Part shown: positions 31,993 through 32,000 of the stretch, one piece after another
How the letters are laid out: each line of letters opens with the position of its first letter
How positions within the stretch are numbered: the first letter of the stretch is position 1
NCBI RefSeq assembly: GCF_001462395.1
Contig: NZ_LNTB01000001.1
Span: 660,001 to 692,000, forward strand
Reading direction: 5' to 3'
DNA: 32,000 nt
Source of the DNA: Pyrodictium occultum
GTDB lineage: Archaea; Thermoproteota; Thermoprotei_A; Sulfolobales; Pyrodictiaceae
Position numbers and translations under genes: made by a program
The notes under the pieces: model-generated
The model's input: only the letters and a program-made list of their open reading frames with translations
Told to the model about the DNA's origin: nothing
Databases searched by the model: none

Positions 31993-32000
31993 CCCTTGCC

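Overview
This window looks like a dense, housekeeping-rich chromosomal segment of a hyperthermophilic archaeon, probably a crenarchaeon of the Desulfurococcales/Aeropyrum type. That assignment is an inference from reverse gyrase, Alba, GatDE, TBP, archaeal type-II GAPDH, a split-type tRNA splicing endonuclease and AGG/ATA-rich codon usage in a G+C-rich background.

I support 30 protein genes, in this order: edge-truncated mtnA/aIF-2B, endA, hisS, tmcA, a pterin cluster (beta-RFAP synthase, MptE-like kinase, DUF447-like), an orphan NurA-like nuclease, trpS, a PHP phosphoesterase, a stand-alone Cas4-like nuclease, wHTH and RHH regulators, an Lhr-type helicase, pgk-gap, usp, three consecutive hypothetical genes, tbp, nnr, nadE, reverse gyrase, albA, a small hypothetical gene, rps30e (53 aa, absent from the ORF track), gatD-gatE and a two-CxxC protein disulfide oxidoreductase.

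I found no rRNA, canonical tRNA, CRISPR array, transposase or integrase.

The items most worth a second look:
- A well-formed box C/D sRNA candidate downstream of gatE (31139-31206). Its two box deviations co-vary within the K-turn.
- A C/D-like RNA wedged between hisS and the Nat10-type RNA acetyltransferase gene tmcA (2521-2590).
- Two very G+C-rich, hairpin-dense gene-free blocks (about 7670-7930 and 20100-20360). They look like structured RNAs but match no family I can recognise by eye.
- A regulator-nuclease-phosphoesterase operon divergent from lhr (10026-14703). It includes an RHH/wHTH pair that one G in a GGGG run would fuse.
- A three-gene uncharacterised cassette (17795-19416).

All homology calls come from motif recognition by eye. 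No searches were run.
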